Shown: positions 17,820 to 28,877 of the stretch, piece after piece
How the letters are laid out: the number at the start of each line of letters is the position of its first letter
Numbering within the stretch: position 1 is the stretch's first letter
Assembly (NCBI RefSeq): GCF_000940845.1
Contig: NZ_CP010341.1
Location: 690,001-722,000, forward strand
DNA from: Propionibacterium freudenreichii subsp. freudenreichii
GTDB taxonomy: Bacteria; Actinomycetota; Actinomycetes; Propionibacteriales; Propionibacteriaceae
DNA length: 32,000 nt
Direction of reading: 5' to 3'
Made by a program: the position numbers and the translations under genes
Notes under the pieces: generated by a model
Told to the model about the DNA's origin: nothing
Database searches by the model: none
Seen by the model: the letters and a program-made list of their open reading frames with translations, nothing else

Positions 17820-19184
17820 GTGGACTTGCACACTGCCCAGCTGCTGACCTCCCCGGAGGGCGAGCGCGCGCTCACCCTCGCCACCGGGCTGCCCGATCCG
17901 GATTCGTTGGGGGCCGGTGAGCGGATGCGCCGCGAGTTCGCGCCCGAGCTGGCGGCCGCCGCGCTCAGCCAGATGGGGCTGCGGCGACGGGCCCGGGCCA
18001 AGCTGGGACCCCGCGCCGACCTGCTGTTGTGGACCAGCGATGGCGTGGAGCAGGCCACCAGGGCATCGGTGTCGGCTTGGCGTGCCCGCCGCTTGGTGTC
18101 CGCCGGCATCACCACCGTGCTCGACATCGGCTGCGGAGCCGGTGCCGATGCCCTGGCCTTCCTCGACGCCGGGCTGTCAGTGACCGGGGTGGAGATAGAC
18201 CCCGCCACCGCCCTGCTGGCCCGGCACAACCTGTCGACTGCGGATGCCGGCGCCGACGATCCACCCGGCCCCGCGGCCGCCGGTGGCCCCAGGCGTCCCG
18301 GCCCACGGGCCGTGGTGATCGCCGGTGATGGTGTGGAGTTGGCGCCCGGCCTCATCCAGGGCGCCACCAGACGGGTCTGCGTCTACCTCGACCCGGCCCG
18401 GCGTACCTCCCGGGGACGCAGCTGGCGGGTCGACGACCTCAGCCCGGGGTGGCCGTTCGTCGAGGCGCAACTGCGGGCCGACCACGCCACCTGCGTGAAA
18501 CTCGGTCCGGGATTCCCCCGCGAGCTGTTGCCCGATGACGTCGCCGCCATCTGGGTCAGCGACCACGGCGACCTGGTGGAATGCGGGCTGTGGCACCTGC
18601 CGGGGGATGGTGCACCCGACGTCCCGGACCCCGGCGCCCCCGGCGGCACCGGGCGCATCGCGGTGCCGGGTTCACGCTCGGCGGTGTTGTTGCCCTCCGG
18701 CGTGCAGGCGTGGGCCGACCCCGGGGCCCCCGACTTCGAGGTCCGCGCGCCCGGACGCTATCTCTACGAGCCCGACCCGGCCGTGAGCCGGGCCGGCGCC
18801 TCCCGGGCGCTCGCGATCCAACCGGCGGCAACCGGGTCGTCGGGCACCCGCCAACCGGGCGGTGCACCGGTGCACATCTGGCGCCTGGCACCCGGCGTCG
18901 GCTATCTGTCCGGCGATGAGCCCATCGCCACCCCGCTGGCCACCACCTTCGAGGTGCTCGAGGTGATCGACCACCATCTGCCGGCACTGCGGGCATGGGT
19001 GAAGGCCCATCGAATTGGCACACTCGAGATCAAGAAGCGGGCCGTCGAAATCGACCCCGCCGCGCTGCGCAAGAAGTTGCATCCAAAAGGTCCGAATGCC
19101 GCAACTCTGCTGCTCACCCCCACCACGAATGGGCTGGCCGCACTGGTGGTGCAAAGGCTGCGTGACAGCCGCGCAAAACCCTGA
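17820..19184 (+). CDS. Class I SAM-dependent methyltransferase with conserved C-terminal domain (target unknown)
   Basis: SAM-binding motif I VLDIGCGAGADALAFLDAG, then VTGVEID. 454 aa with two G/P/A-rich insertions. The GTG start is 6 nt after a TAGGCT box (17808-17813). Confidence 0.75.
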   Translation: MDLHTAQLLTSPEGERALTLATGLPDPDSLGAGERMRREFAPELAAAALSQMGLRRRARAKLGPRADLLLWTSDGVEQATRASVSAWRARRLVSAGITTVLDIGCGAGADALAFLDAGLSVTGVEIDPATALLARHNLSTADAGADDPPGPAAAGGPRRPGPRAVVIAGDGVELAPGLIQGATRRVCVYLDPARRTSRGRSWRVDDLSPGWPFVEAQLRADHATCVKLGPGFPRELLPDDVAAIWVSDHGDLVECGLWHLPGDGAPDVPDPGAPGGTGRIAVPGSRSAVLLPSGVQAWADPGAPDFEVRAPGRYLYEPDPAVSRAGASRALAIQPAATGSSGTRQPGGAPVHIWRLAPGVGYLSGDEPIATPLATTFEVLEVIDHHLPALRAWVKAHRIGTLEIKKRAVEIDPAALRKKLHPKGPNAATLLLTPTTNGLAALVVQRLRDSRAKP

Positions 19185-19402
19185 ATTGACACCCGGAATC
19201 GGGCGCTGAATCGGGGGTCCGGGTTGCATACAAAGGCCGACCCTCTATCCTTGCCGAGGTATGCCTGCCGCCCAGGGCTGCTGGTCTGACCGGCCCGGCC
19301 CCCCGTGATGTGGCCGTGCGGCGGGTGCTTGTGGATTGACGTACCGATACCGGGATGCGCCGTCCAAAAATCGACAGGAGATCGGAACCGAGATGCTTGC
19401 CA

Positions 19403-20044
19403 ATGGGTGATTTCATTGCCTCGCGGTGGACGGACATCGTCTTCCGCAGCTATCAACATGCGTCCCTGGTGACCCAATCGGTGTTCATTGCCACCGTCAT
19501 CGCCATCGCCCTCGCGGTGCTCGTCACGAGCATCCCCAAACTGGAGCCGATTGCCAATACCATCTCGACGATCGGCCTGACCATTCCGTCGTTCGCGCTG
19601 CTCGGAATTCTCATTCCGCTGGCCGGAATCGGCGCTGTGACCTCGATGATCCTGGTCGCCTTCTATGCGGTGCTCCCGATTCTGCGAAATGCCACGGTGG
19701 GCCTGTTGGGGGTGGACAAGACGCTCATTGAGTCCGCCGTGGGAATGGGGATGAAACCCTGGACCATCTTCTGGCGGGTGCGCCTGCCGCTGGCCTGGCC
19801 CATCATCCTCACCGGTCTGCGCGTCTCCACCCAGATGTCCATGGGCATCGCCGCGGTGGCCGCCTACGCCCTGGGCCCCGGCCTGGGCTCCTATATCTTC
19901 ACCGGCCTGGCCCAGATCGGCGGCAAGAACGCCTTGAACTACGCCCTGGTCGGCACCATCGGCATCGTCGTCATCGCCCTGGTGGCGGATGCCGTCCTGG
20001 TGCTCATCGGCCGTCTGTCCATCTCGAAAGGAATCCGCGCATGA
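19403..20044 (+). CDS. Osmoprotectant (glycine betaine/carnitine/choline, OpuC-type) ABC transporter permease
   Basis: It aligns by eye with OpuCB-type permeases (FYAVLPILRNATVGLLGVDKTLIESAVGMGM..W..FWRVRLPLAWPIILTGLRVST). ATG 19403 gives a typical 213 aa; the ORF track start at 19355 is the alternative. The stop overlaps the next start (ATGA). Confidence 0.8.
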   Translation: MGDFIASRWTDIVFRSYQHASLVTQSVFIATVIAIALAVLVTSIPKLEPIANTISTIGLTIPSFALLGILIPLAGIGAVTSMILVAFYAVLPILRNATVGLLGVDKTLIESAVGMGMKPWTIFWRVRLPLAWPIILTGLRVSTQMSMGIAAVAAYALGPGLGSYIFTGLAQIGGKNALNYALVGTIGIVVIALVADAVLVLIGRLSISKGIRA

Positions 20045-21375
20045 GCAGCGAATCCAGCACGCCTGATAATTCGACCACTGCCCGGCAGCCCCACGACGCG
20101 CCCGCGCCGGCCGTCCCCACGGCGGGATCCTCCGAGACCTCCGGCGTCGAGATCGTCTTCGACGACGTCGTGAAGGCCTATCCGGGCCAGGACATCCCGG
20201 CGGTCGACCACCTCAGCCTGACCATTCCGGCCGGGGAGATCGTCACCTTCGTCGGCCTGTCCGGCTCGGGCAAGACCACCAGCCTCAAGATGATCAACCG
20301 GCTCATCGAGCCGACCAGCGGCGCCATCACCATCGGGGGGCGCGATACCCGCGACCTGAACCCCGACAAGCTGCGCACCCAGATCGGCTATGTCATCCAG
20401 GGCGGCAGCCTGTTCCCGCACATGACGGTGGCCGACAACATCGCCGTGGTGCCGCGCCTGCTCAACTGGAAGAAGGCGCGCATCAACAAGCGCATCGACG
20501 AATTGCTCGTGCTGGTCGGCCTCGACCCGGCCGAATACCGCGAGCGCTATCCCAAGGAACTGTCCGGTGGGCAGCAGCAGCGCGTCGGCGTGGCCCGCGG
20601 GCTGGCCGCCGATCCGCCCGTGCTGCTCATGGACGAGCCCTTCGGTGCCGTCGACCCGATCACCCGGGCGCGCCTGCAGGACGAGTTGCTGGCCGTGCAG
20701 GCCACCCTGCACAAGACCATGGTGATCGTCACCCACGACATCGACGAGGCCATCAAGCTCGGCGATCGCATCCTGGTGATGAAGGACCACGGCCACATCG
20801 CCCAGTACGACACCGCCGAGCGCATCCTGGCCAATCCGGCCGATGAGTTCGTGGCCGATTTCGTCGGCCAGGATTCGGCGCTCAAGCAGCTCTCCCTGCA
20901 GACGCTGGCGTCGATCCAGCTCGAGCAGGCCGCCACCGTGCACGCCGGCGACTCGGTGCACACGGCCCTGCGCGAGGCGCGTCACCAGAAGCGCGATCAG
21001 GTGGTGGTGCTCGACGAGGACGATCGTCCCGTCGACTGGCTGTGGACGACGAACCTGCGCGGCAAGGTGGTGCATGCCCGCCCGGGACGCCAGCCGATCC
21101 TGCTCACCCGCGACGTCACCCTCGACACGGTGCTCGACACCCTGGTCACCTCGATGCACGAGGGGGCCGTGGTGATCGACGACGACGGCCACCTGCTCGG
21201 CATCGCCACCTTCGACCAGATCACCCAACATGTGCGCGACATCAATGCCAGCGCCGCGCGGACCCGCGCCGAGAAGGAGAGGGTCGCCGAGGAGGCCGAC
21301 GCCCGTGCCGAGGCCGCCGAGAAGGCCGCCGCGGCGCAGGCCGCCACCGGCGAGTCCGAGGGGGCCACGAAGTGA
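20041..21375 (+). CDS. OpuC-type ABC transporter ATP-binding protein with tandem CBS domains and charged C-terminal tail
   Basis: Walker A GLSGSGKTT, MINRLIEPTSG, signature LSGGQQQRVGVARGLA, Walker B LLMDEPF and H-loop VTHD. The C-terminal CBS pair spans ~20875-21235. An Ala/Glu-rich tail follows. Confidence 0.92.
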   Translation: MSSESSTPDNSTTARQPHDAPAPAVPTAGSSETSGVEIVFDDVVKAYPGQDIPAVDHLSLTIPAGEIVTFVGLSGSGKTTSLKMINRLIEPTSGAITIGGRDTRDLNPDKLRTQIGYVIQGGSLFPHMTVADNIAVVPRLLNWKKARINKRIDELLVLVGLDPAEYRERYPKELSGGQQQRVGVARGLAADPPVLLMDEPFGAVDPITRARLQDELLAVQATLHKTMVIVTHDIDEAIKLGDRILVMKDHGHIAQYDTAERILANPADEFVADFVGQDSALKQLSLQTLASIQLEQAATVHAGDSVHTALREARHQKRDQVVVLDEDDRPVDWLWTTNLRGKVVHARPGRQPILLTRDVTLDTVLDTLVTSMHEGAVVIDDDGHLLGIATFDQITQHVRDINASAARTRAEKERVAEEADARAEAAEKAAAAQAATGESEGATK

Positions 21376-22109
21376 AGTTGAAGCCTGAGGGCGCCAGCCG
21401 TCAGGTCATCGGGATCCCGATCCTGGTGCTTGTCGGCTTCATCGCGTGGCTCATCTGGCGCGCCACCGCAACCCTCGACGACATCGAGGCCCGCCAGCTC
21501 GCCTGGGGCACGATCGGCGAGTTGTTCGTGCAACACATCGTGCTCACGGCGATCTGCACCGTGGTGGTGCTGGTCACCGCCATCCCGATCGGCGTGCTGC
21601 TCACCCGTCCGCGCTTCCGGCGTGCCGCCCCTGCGGTGGTTGCCGTCGCGAACGCCGGGCAGGCTGCTCCCGTGATCGGCGTCATCGTCCTGTTGGCCAT
21701 GGCCATGGGCTTCGGCGTGCCCACGGCCGTCGTGGCCCTGAGCATCTACGCCTTCCTGCCGGTGCTGCAGAACACCATCACCGGACTGCAGGGCGTCGAT
21801 CCGACGCTGGTGGAGGCCGGTCGCGGCATGGGAATCTCCGACTTCGGGGTGCTGTGGCGCATCGAACTGCCGCTCGCCGTCCCGGTGATCATGTCGGGTG
21901 TGCGCACCGCACTGGTGCTGCTGGTGGGCACCGCCGCCTTCGGCACCTTCATCAATGCCGGTGGCCTGGGGGCCCTGATCCAGACGGGCATCACCCTGTT
22001 CCGCTTCCGCATCCTGGTGTCGGGAGCCGTGCTGGTGGCGCTGTTGGCGCTGCTGGTGGAGTGGGCCGGCCAGGTGCTCGAACTGGCAACGCAACCGAAG
22101 GGACTGTGA
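21372..22109 (+). CDS. OpuC-type ABC transporter permease (second membrane subunit)
   Basis: GTG 21372 overlaps the ATPase stop (GTGA). Permease motif FLPVLQNTITGLQGVDPTLVEAGRGMGISDFGVLWRIELPLAVPVIMSGVRTA. The upstream part of ORF 21042..22109 overlaps the ATPase gene. Confidence 0.88.
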   Translation: MKLKPEGASRQVIGIPILVLVGFIAWLIWRATATLDDIEARQLAWGTIGELFVQHIVLTAICTVVVLVTAIPIGVLLTRPRFRRAAPAVVAVANAGQAAPVIGVIVLLAMAMGFGVPTAVVALSIYAFLPVLQNTITGLQGVDPTLVEAGRGMGISDFGVLWRIELPLAVPVIMSGVRTALVLLVGTAAFGTFINAGGLGALIQTGITLFRFRILVSGAVLVALLALLVEWAGQVLELATQPKGL

Positions 22110-22112
22110 GCA

Positions 22113-23144
22113 ATGGGCAAGCACGTGCATGAATCCCGGGTTGTGGACGGCACGCCGCGGGGGCTGCGTCCCTCGCCGCGTCGGCTGATGATCCTGCTGG
22201 TGGTGGCCTGTTCGCTGATGTTCTCGTCGTGTGCTCTGGGCACCGGCGGCGGGCTGTCGGCGAAGGGCAAGCTGGCCGGTTCGCTGGCCGACATCAGCCT
22301 GCGCGACCAGAGCGTCGCAGTTGGTTCGAAGAACTTCACCGAGCAGCTGGTGCTCGGCAAGATCGCGGTGATCCTACTGAAGTCGGCCGGTGCCGATGTG
22401 AACGACCTGACCAATATCCCGGGCTCGTCGTCGGCACGCCAGGCCCTGCTCAGCGGCCAGATCGACTTCCAGTGGGAGTACACCGGCACCGGGTGGATCA
22501 GCTACCTGGGCCATTCCGATCCGATCATCGATCCCGAACAGCAGTATGTGGCGGTGCGCGACGAGGACCTGGCGAAGAACCACATGGTCTGGCTCCCCCC
22601 GGCGCCGATGAACAACACCTACGGCTTCGCGATCACCCAGAAGACCAAGGACCGGTTGGGCGTCAGCAAGCTGTCCGACCTGGCGGCGCTGCCGTCGTCC
22701 GAGCTGAGCTTCTGCGTCGAGAGCGAGCTCAACAGCCGCAATGACGGCTTCGAGCCGATGGCCGCCAAGTACGACCTGTCGCTGGGCCAGGTGCAGCGCA
22801 AGGTGCTCGACACCGGCGCCATCTATTCGGCCACCGCCGACGGGCTGTGCAACTTCGGCGAGGTGTTCACCACCGATGGGCGCATCAAGGCGCTCAACCT
22901 CACGGTGTTGGAGGACGACCGGCACTTCTTCCCGAATTACAATGTGTCGCCCGTGATGCGCCAGAAGACCTACAACAAGGCGGCCGACCAGTACCGCGAG
23001 CTGTTCGACCCGGTCTCCAAGGCCCTCACCAACGATGCGTTGCTGGCGATGAACGCCGAGGTGGACGTGCAGGGTCGCGAGCCGGCCGATGTGGCCTATG
23101 ACTGGCTCATCGCCCAGGGATTCATTACCAAGCCGAAATCCTGA
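22113..23144 (+). CDS. Osmoprotectant ABC transporter substrate-binding lipoprotein (OpuAC/OpuCC family)
   Basis: Signal peptide with lipobox-like LMFSSC. The mature part is SKNFTEQLVLGKIAVILLKSAG...LLSGQIDFQWEYTGTGW, typical of glycine-betaine-binding proteins. It starts 3 nt after the permease stop. Confidence 0.88.
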   Translation: MGKHVHESRVVDGTPRGLRPSPRRLMILLVVACSLMFSSCALGTGGGLSAKGKLAGSLADISLRDQSVAVGSKNFTEQLVLGKIAVILLKSAGADVNDLTNIPGSSSARQALLSGQIDFQWEYTGTGWISYLGHSDPIIDPEQQYVAVRDEDLAKNHMVWLPPAPMNNTYGFAITQKTKDRLGVSKLSDLAALPSSELSFCVESELNSRNDGFEPMAAKYDLSLGQVQRKVLDTGAIYSATADGLCNFGEVFTTDGRIKALNLTVLEDDRHFFPNYNVSPVMRQKTYNKAADQYRELFDPVSKALTNDALLAMNAEVDVQGREPADVAYDWLIAQGFITKPKS

Positions 23145-23163
23145 TCACGACGGTGACGGATGG

Positions 23164-23198
23164 GCGCGGGAGCTTCAGCAGGGATGAGCCTCCCGCGC
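23164..23198 (+). terminator. Hairpin downstream of the ABC operon (terminator candidate)
   Basis: GCGCGGGAG (23164-23172) pairs with CTCCCGCGC (23190-23198). Four more pairs follow after one mismatch, and the loop is 7 nt. It lies 20 nt after the stop and has a weak T-content tail. Confidence 0.5.
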
Positions 23199-23208
23199 TC
23201 AACTATCT

Positions 23209-23235
23209 CTGGCACTCGGCTTGATCGAGTGCTAG
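23209..23235 (+). promoter_or_regulatory. CIRCE operator (HrcA binding site), copy 1
   Basis: CTGGCACTC-N9-GAGTGCTAG, compared with consensus TTAGCACTC-N9-GAGTGCTAA. The arms are 8/9 complementary. It lies upstream of groES. Confidence 0.85.
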
Positions 23236-23254
23236 GCGGGGTATAACTTGTTAG

Positions 23255-23281
23255 TTGGCGCTCTCCGCTGGGGAGTGCCAA
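23255..23281 (+). promoter_or_regulatory. CIRCE operator (HrcA binding site), copy 2
   Basis: TTGGCGCTC-N9-GAGTGCCAA, with arms 8/9 complementary, 100 nt upstream of the groES GTG. A TATAAC -10-like hexamer (23242-23247) sits between the two CIRCE copies. Confidence 0.8.
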
Positions 23282-23380
23282 CCCAGGGGATGGCACCGCG
23301 ACGACGTCCCACTGGTCAGGACAAGATAAACGTGTGCGCCGGCAACCCCGGCGCTGGACTAGTGAAGAAAGGGGTTTGAC

Positions 23381-23677
23381 GTGGCAACCACGATCAAGCC
23401 GCTCGAGGACCGTGTCCTCGTAGAGCCGCTGGAAGCCGAAACCACCACCGCTTCCGGCCTGGTGATTCCCGAGACCGCCAAGGAGAAGCCGCAGGAGGGC
23501 AAGGTCCTCGCTGTGGGGCCCGGCCGCGTTGACGACAAGGGCGTCCGCGTGCCGATGGACGTCAAGGAGGGCGACGTCGTCGTCTTCTCCAAGTACGGCG
23601 GCACCGAGGTCAAGTACAACAACACCGACTACCTGCTGCTCAACGCCCGCGACATCCTCGCGGTCGTCGTCAAGTAA
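23381..23677 (+). CDS. groES: Co-chaperonin GroES (Cpn10)
   Basis: 98 aa, [48 protein letters not shown].... GTG start with GAAAGGGG upstream. Confidence 0.97.
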   Translation: MATTIKPLEDRVLVEPLEAETTTASGLVIPETAKEKPQEGKVLAVGPGRVDDKGVRVPMDVKEGDVVVFSKYGGTEVKYNNTDYLLLNARDILAVVVK

Positions 23678-25291
<1,614 letters not shown>

Positions 25292-25299
25292 GCACGTCG

Positions 25300-25338
25300 G
25301 ATCACTGCGACGTTGAGACCCTCAGGATCGCAGTGATC
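25300..25338 (+). terminator. First of two hairpins after groEL
   Basis: Perfect 11-bp inverted repeat GATCACTGCGA / TCGCAGTGATC with a 17-nt loop that can pair further. Confidence 0.5.
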
Positions 25339-25349
25339 GCAAGGCATGG

Positions 25350-25384
25350 ATGGGGCTCCCTGTGGGAGCCCCATTTGTGCTTGT
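25350..25384 (+). terminator. Intrinsic terminator of the groES-groEL operon
   Basis: ATGGGGCTCCC-TGT-GGGAGCCCCAT forms an 11-bp stem, followed directly by TTGTGCTTGT. Confidence 0.75.
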
Positions 25385-25398
25385 CAGGGGCGAGCTAG

Positions 25399-26958
<1,560 letters not shown>

Positions 26959-26976
26959 CCCATTGAGCTGAATAGC

Positions 26977-27011
26977 CATGAGTGCCCGGGACATTGTCCC
27001 GGGCACTCATG
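26977..27011 (+). terminator. Perfect 15-bp inverted repeat between guaB and the guaB3-like gene (hairpin; terminator/attenuator candidate, no U-tract)
   Basis: CATGAGTGCCCGGGA-CATTG-TCCCGGGCACTCATG, 19 nt after the guaB stop. Confidence 0.45.
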
Positions 27012-27109
27012 CGTCCGGGCTGCTTCGGGCGCTGCTGCCGGCCCCAGCCCTTCACCAGTAGACTCAGGAGCTGCGCCGGGGCGGGCCCGTCGCGGGATCG
27101 GAGAGCTTC

Positions 27110-28213
27110 ATGTACGACATCGGGCGCAGCAAGCGTGCTGCCAAGGCCTTCTCGCTGGATGATGTGGCGATCGTGCCCTCGCGGCGCACCCGCGATCCCG
27201 AGCTGGTGAACCTGTCGTGGAAGATCGATGCGGTGGAATTCGACTTCCCTCTGATGGCTGCGCCCATGGACTCGGTGATGAGCCCGGAGACCGCCATTGC
27301 GTTCGGCAAGCTCGGTGGTCTGGGGGTGCTCAACCTGGAGGGCCTGTGGACGCGCTACGACGATCCGACCCCGCTGTATGAGGAACTTGCCACGATCTCC
27401 GACCAGGTGCGCGCCACGCGTCGCATGCAGGAGATGTACTCCGAGCCGATCAAGCCCGAACTGATCGCCGAGCGGCTGGCGCAGGTGCGCGAGGCCGGGG
27501 TGCCGGTGGCCGGATCCCTGTCGCCCCAGCGCACGCAGGAATACATCTCGGTGGTCGAGCAGGCCAACGTCGACTTCTTCGTGATCCGTGGCACGGCCGT
27601 GTCGGCCGAGCATGTCGCCAGCTCGGGGGAGCCCCTCAACCTCAAGAAGTTCATCTACAACCTCGACGTGCCCGTGATCGTCGGCGGTTGTGCCAGCTAC
27701 CAGACCGCCCTGCACCTGATGCGCACCGGTGCAGCCGGCGTGCTCGTCGGCTTTGGGGGCGCGGCATCGTCCACCACCCGCCAGGTGTTGGGCATCGAGG
27801 TGCCGATGGCATCGGCCATCGCGGATGTCGCCGAGGCGCGCCGCGACTACCTTGACGAGTCCGGTGGTCGCTACGTGCACGTGATCGCTGACGGCGCCAT
27901 GGGCACCTCCGGCCATATCGCCAGGGCCCTGGCTTGTGGCGCCGATGCCGCCATGATCGGTGGCCCGCTCGCCCGCGCCAAGGAGGCTCCCGGCAAGGGC
28001 TGGCACTGGGGCGCGGAGGCCTGGCACCAGACGCTGCCGCGCGGACGTCGCGTGCACTACGATTCGGTGGGCAGCCTGGAGGAGGTCGTGGTCGGCCCCA
28101 GCTCGGTGACCGACGGCACGATGAACCTCGTGGGGGCGTTGCGTCGCTCGATGGCCAGCTCCGGCTATCAGGACGTCAAGGAGTTCCAACGCATCGAGCT
28201 GGTCATCCGCTGA
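27110..28213 (+). CDS. guaB3: GuaB3-family IMP dehydrogenase-related protein (no CBS insertion)
   Basis: 367 aa: SLDDVAIVPSRRTRDPELV ... PLMAAPMDSV ... an IMPDH-like TIM barrel without the CBS subdomain. It holds the same position downstream of guaB as M. tuberculosis guaB3. GGAGAG Shine-Dalgarno lies 5 nt upstream. Confidence 0.88.
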   Translation: MYDIGRSKRAAKAFSLDDVAIVPSRRTRDPELVNLSWKIDAVEFDFPLMAAPMDSVMSPETAIAFGKLGGLGVLNLEGLWTRYDDPTPLYEELATISDQVRATRRMQEMYSEPIKPELIAERLAQVREAGVPVAGSLSPQRTQEYISVVEQANVDFFVIRGTAVSAEHVASSGEPLNLKKFIYNLDVPVIVGGCASYQTALHLMRTGAAGVLVGFGGAASSTTRQVLGIEVPMASAIADVAEARRDYLDESGGRYVHVIADGAMGTSGHIARALACGADAAMIGGPLARAKEAPGKGWHWGAEAWHQTLPRGRRVHYDSVGSLEEVVVGPSSVTDGTMNLVGALRRSMASSGYQDVKEFQRIELVIR

Positions 28214-28244
28214 CCCGGTGAGGCGGATCGGTAACCTTTTTCCC

Positions 28245-28574
28245 ATGGGTGAGCACACGGACGGTGACGACATGACCGGTGAGCCGAAGCCCGTGCCAGC
28301 CGAGCTGGCACGGATGCGCGACAGCATCGACAACCTTGACGCTGCCGTCATCCACATCATGGCCGAGCGCTTCAAGATCACCCAACAGGTGGGGGAGTTG
28401 AAGGCCGAGCTCGGACTCCCGCCGTCGGATCCGACCCGCGAGCAGGTGCAGATCGATCGTCTGCGCGCCCTCGCGGAGGAATCCCATCTCGATCCGGAGT
28501 TCGCCCAGAAGCTGTTGGCGTTCATCGTCTCCGAGGTCGTGCGCCATCACACGGAGATCTCGGGCCAACGCTGA
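28245..28574 (+). CDS. Chorismate mutase (AroQ class)
   Basis: LARMRDSIDNLDAAVIHIMAERFKITQQVGELKAELGLPPSDPTREQVQIDRLRALAEESHLDPEFAQKLLAFIVSEVV fits the AroQ helical pattern. ATG 28245 is preferred to the ORF track GTG 28218 because a TAACCT box (28232-28237) lies 7 nt upstream. Confidence 0.8.
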   Translation: MGEHTDGDDMTGEPKPVPAELARMRDSIDNLDAAVIHIMAERFKITQQVGELKAELGLPPSDPTREQVQIDRLRALAEESHLDPEFAQKLLAFIVSEVVRHHTEISGQR

Positions 28575-28877
28575 GTCCCGGTTGGTCCTGCTGGTTCGTC
28601 AGGCCTGCGCGGCTTCGCGATTCGGTTCCGGGCCACGCCCCACCCCGTGGGGAGGGGTGCGCGACGGGGCGGCATGCCCTTGCGCAGCCAGCGCCGAGCA
28701 GATCCACCAACCGTGCGATAACCCTCGGATAACGCTGCTTTCCCCCTATTTCCCCTGATAGTCTCCGCACAGGCGAAAGCTAGATTCGTGCTGTCATTCA
28801 CAGCCTTGCCTGTGTGCGAACCAGGTCCTTCGTCGCTGTACCCCGAATCAAGAGCGTGCGCAGGGAAGGCTGGATTG

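Noticed and set aside
19185-19402. c-di-AMP (ydaO-type) riboswitch in the OpuC operon leader, prompted by the repeated GAATCGGG motifs.
   Set aside because: The conserved ydaO segments (e.g. ACCCGAAUCCG.CAGCUAACCUCGUAAGCG) are not present on either strand. The resemblance is limited to short GAAUC strings.
28575-28877. Possible tRNA or small RNA in the 300-nt gap (GGTTCCGGG-like string, CCCCACCCC-GT-GGGGAGGGG hairpin).
   Set aside because: No cloverleaf can be drawn and the T-loop consensus GGTTCGAATCC is not present. The hairpin is better explained as a terminator-like element after the chorismate mutase gene, but it is too imperfect to annotate.
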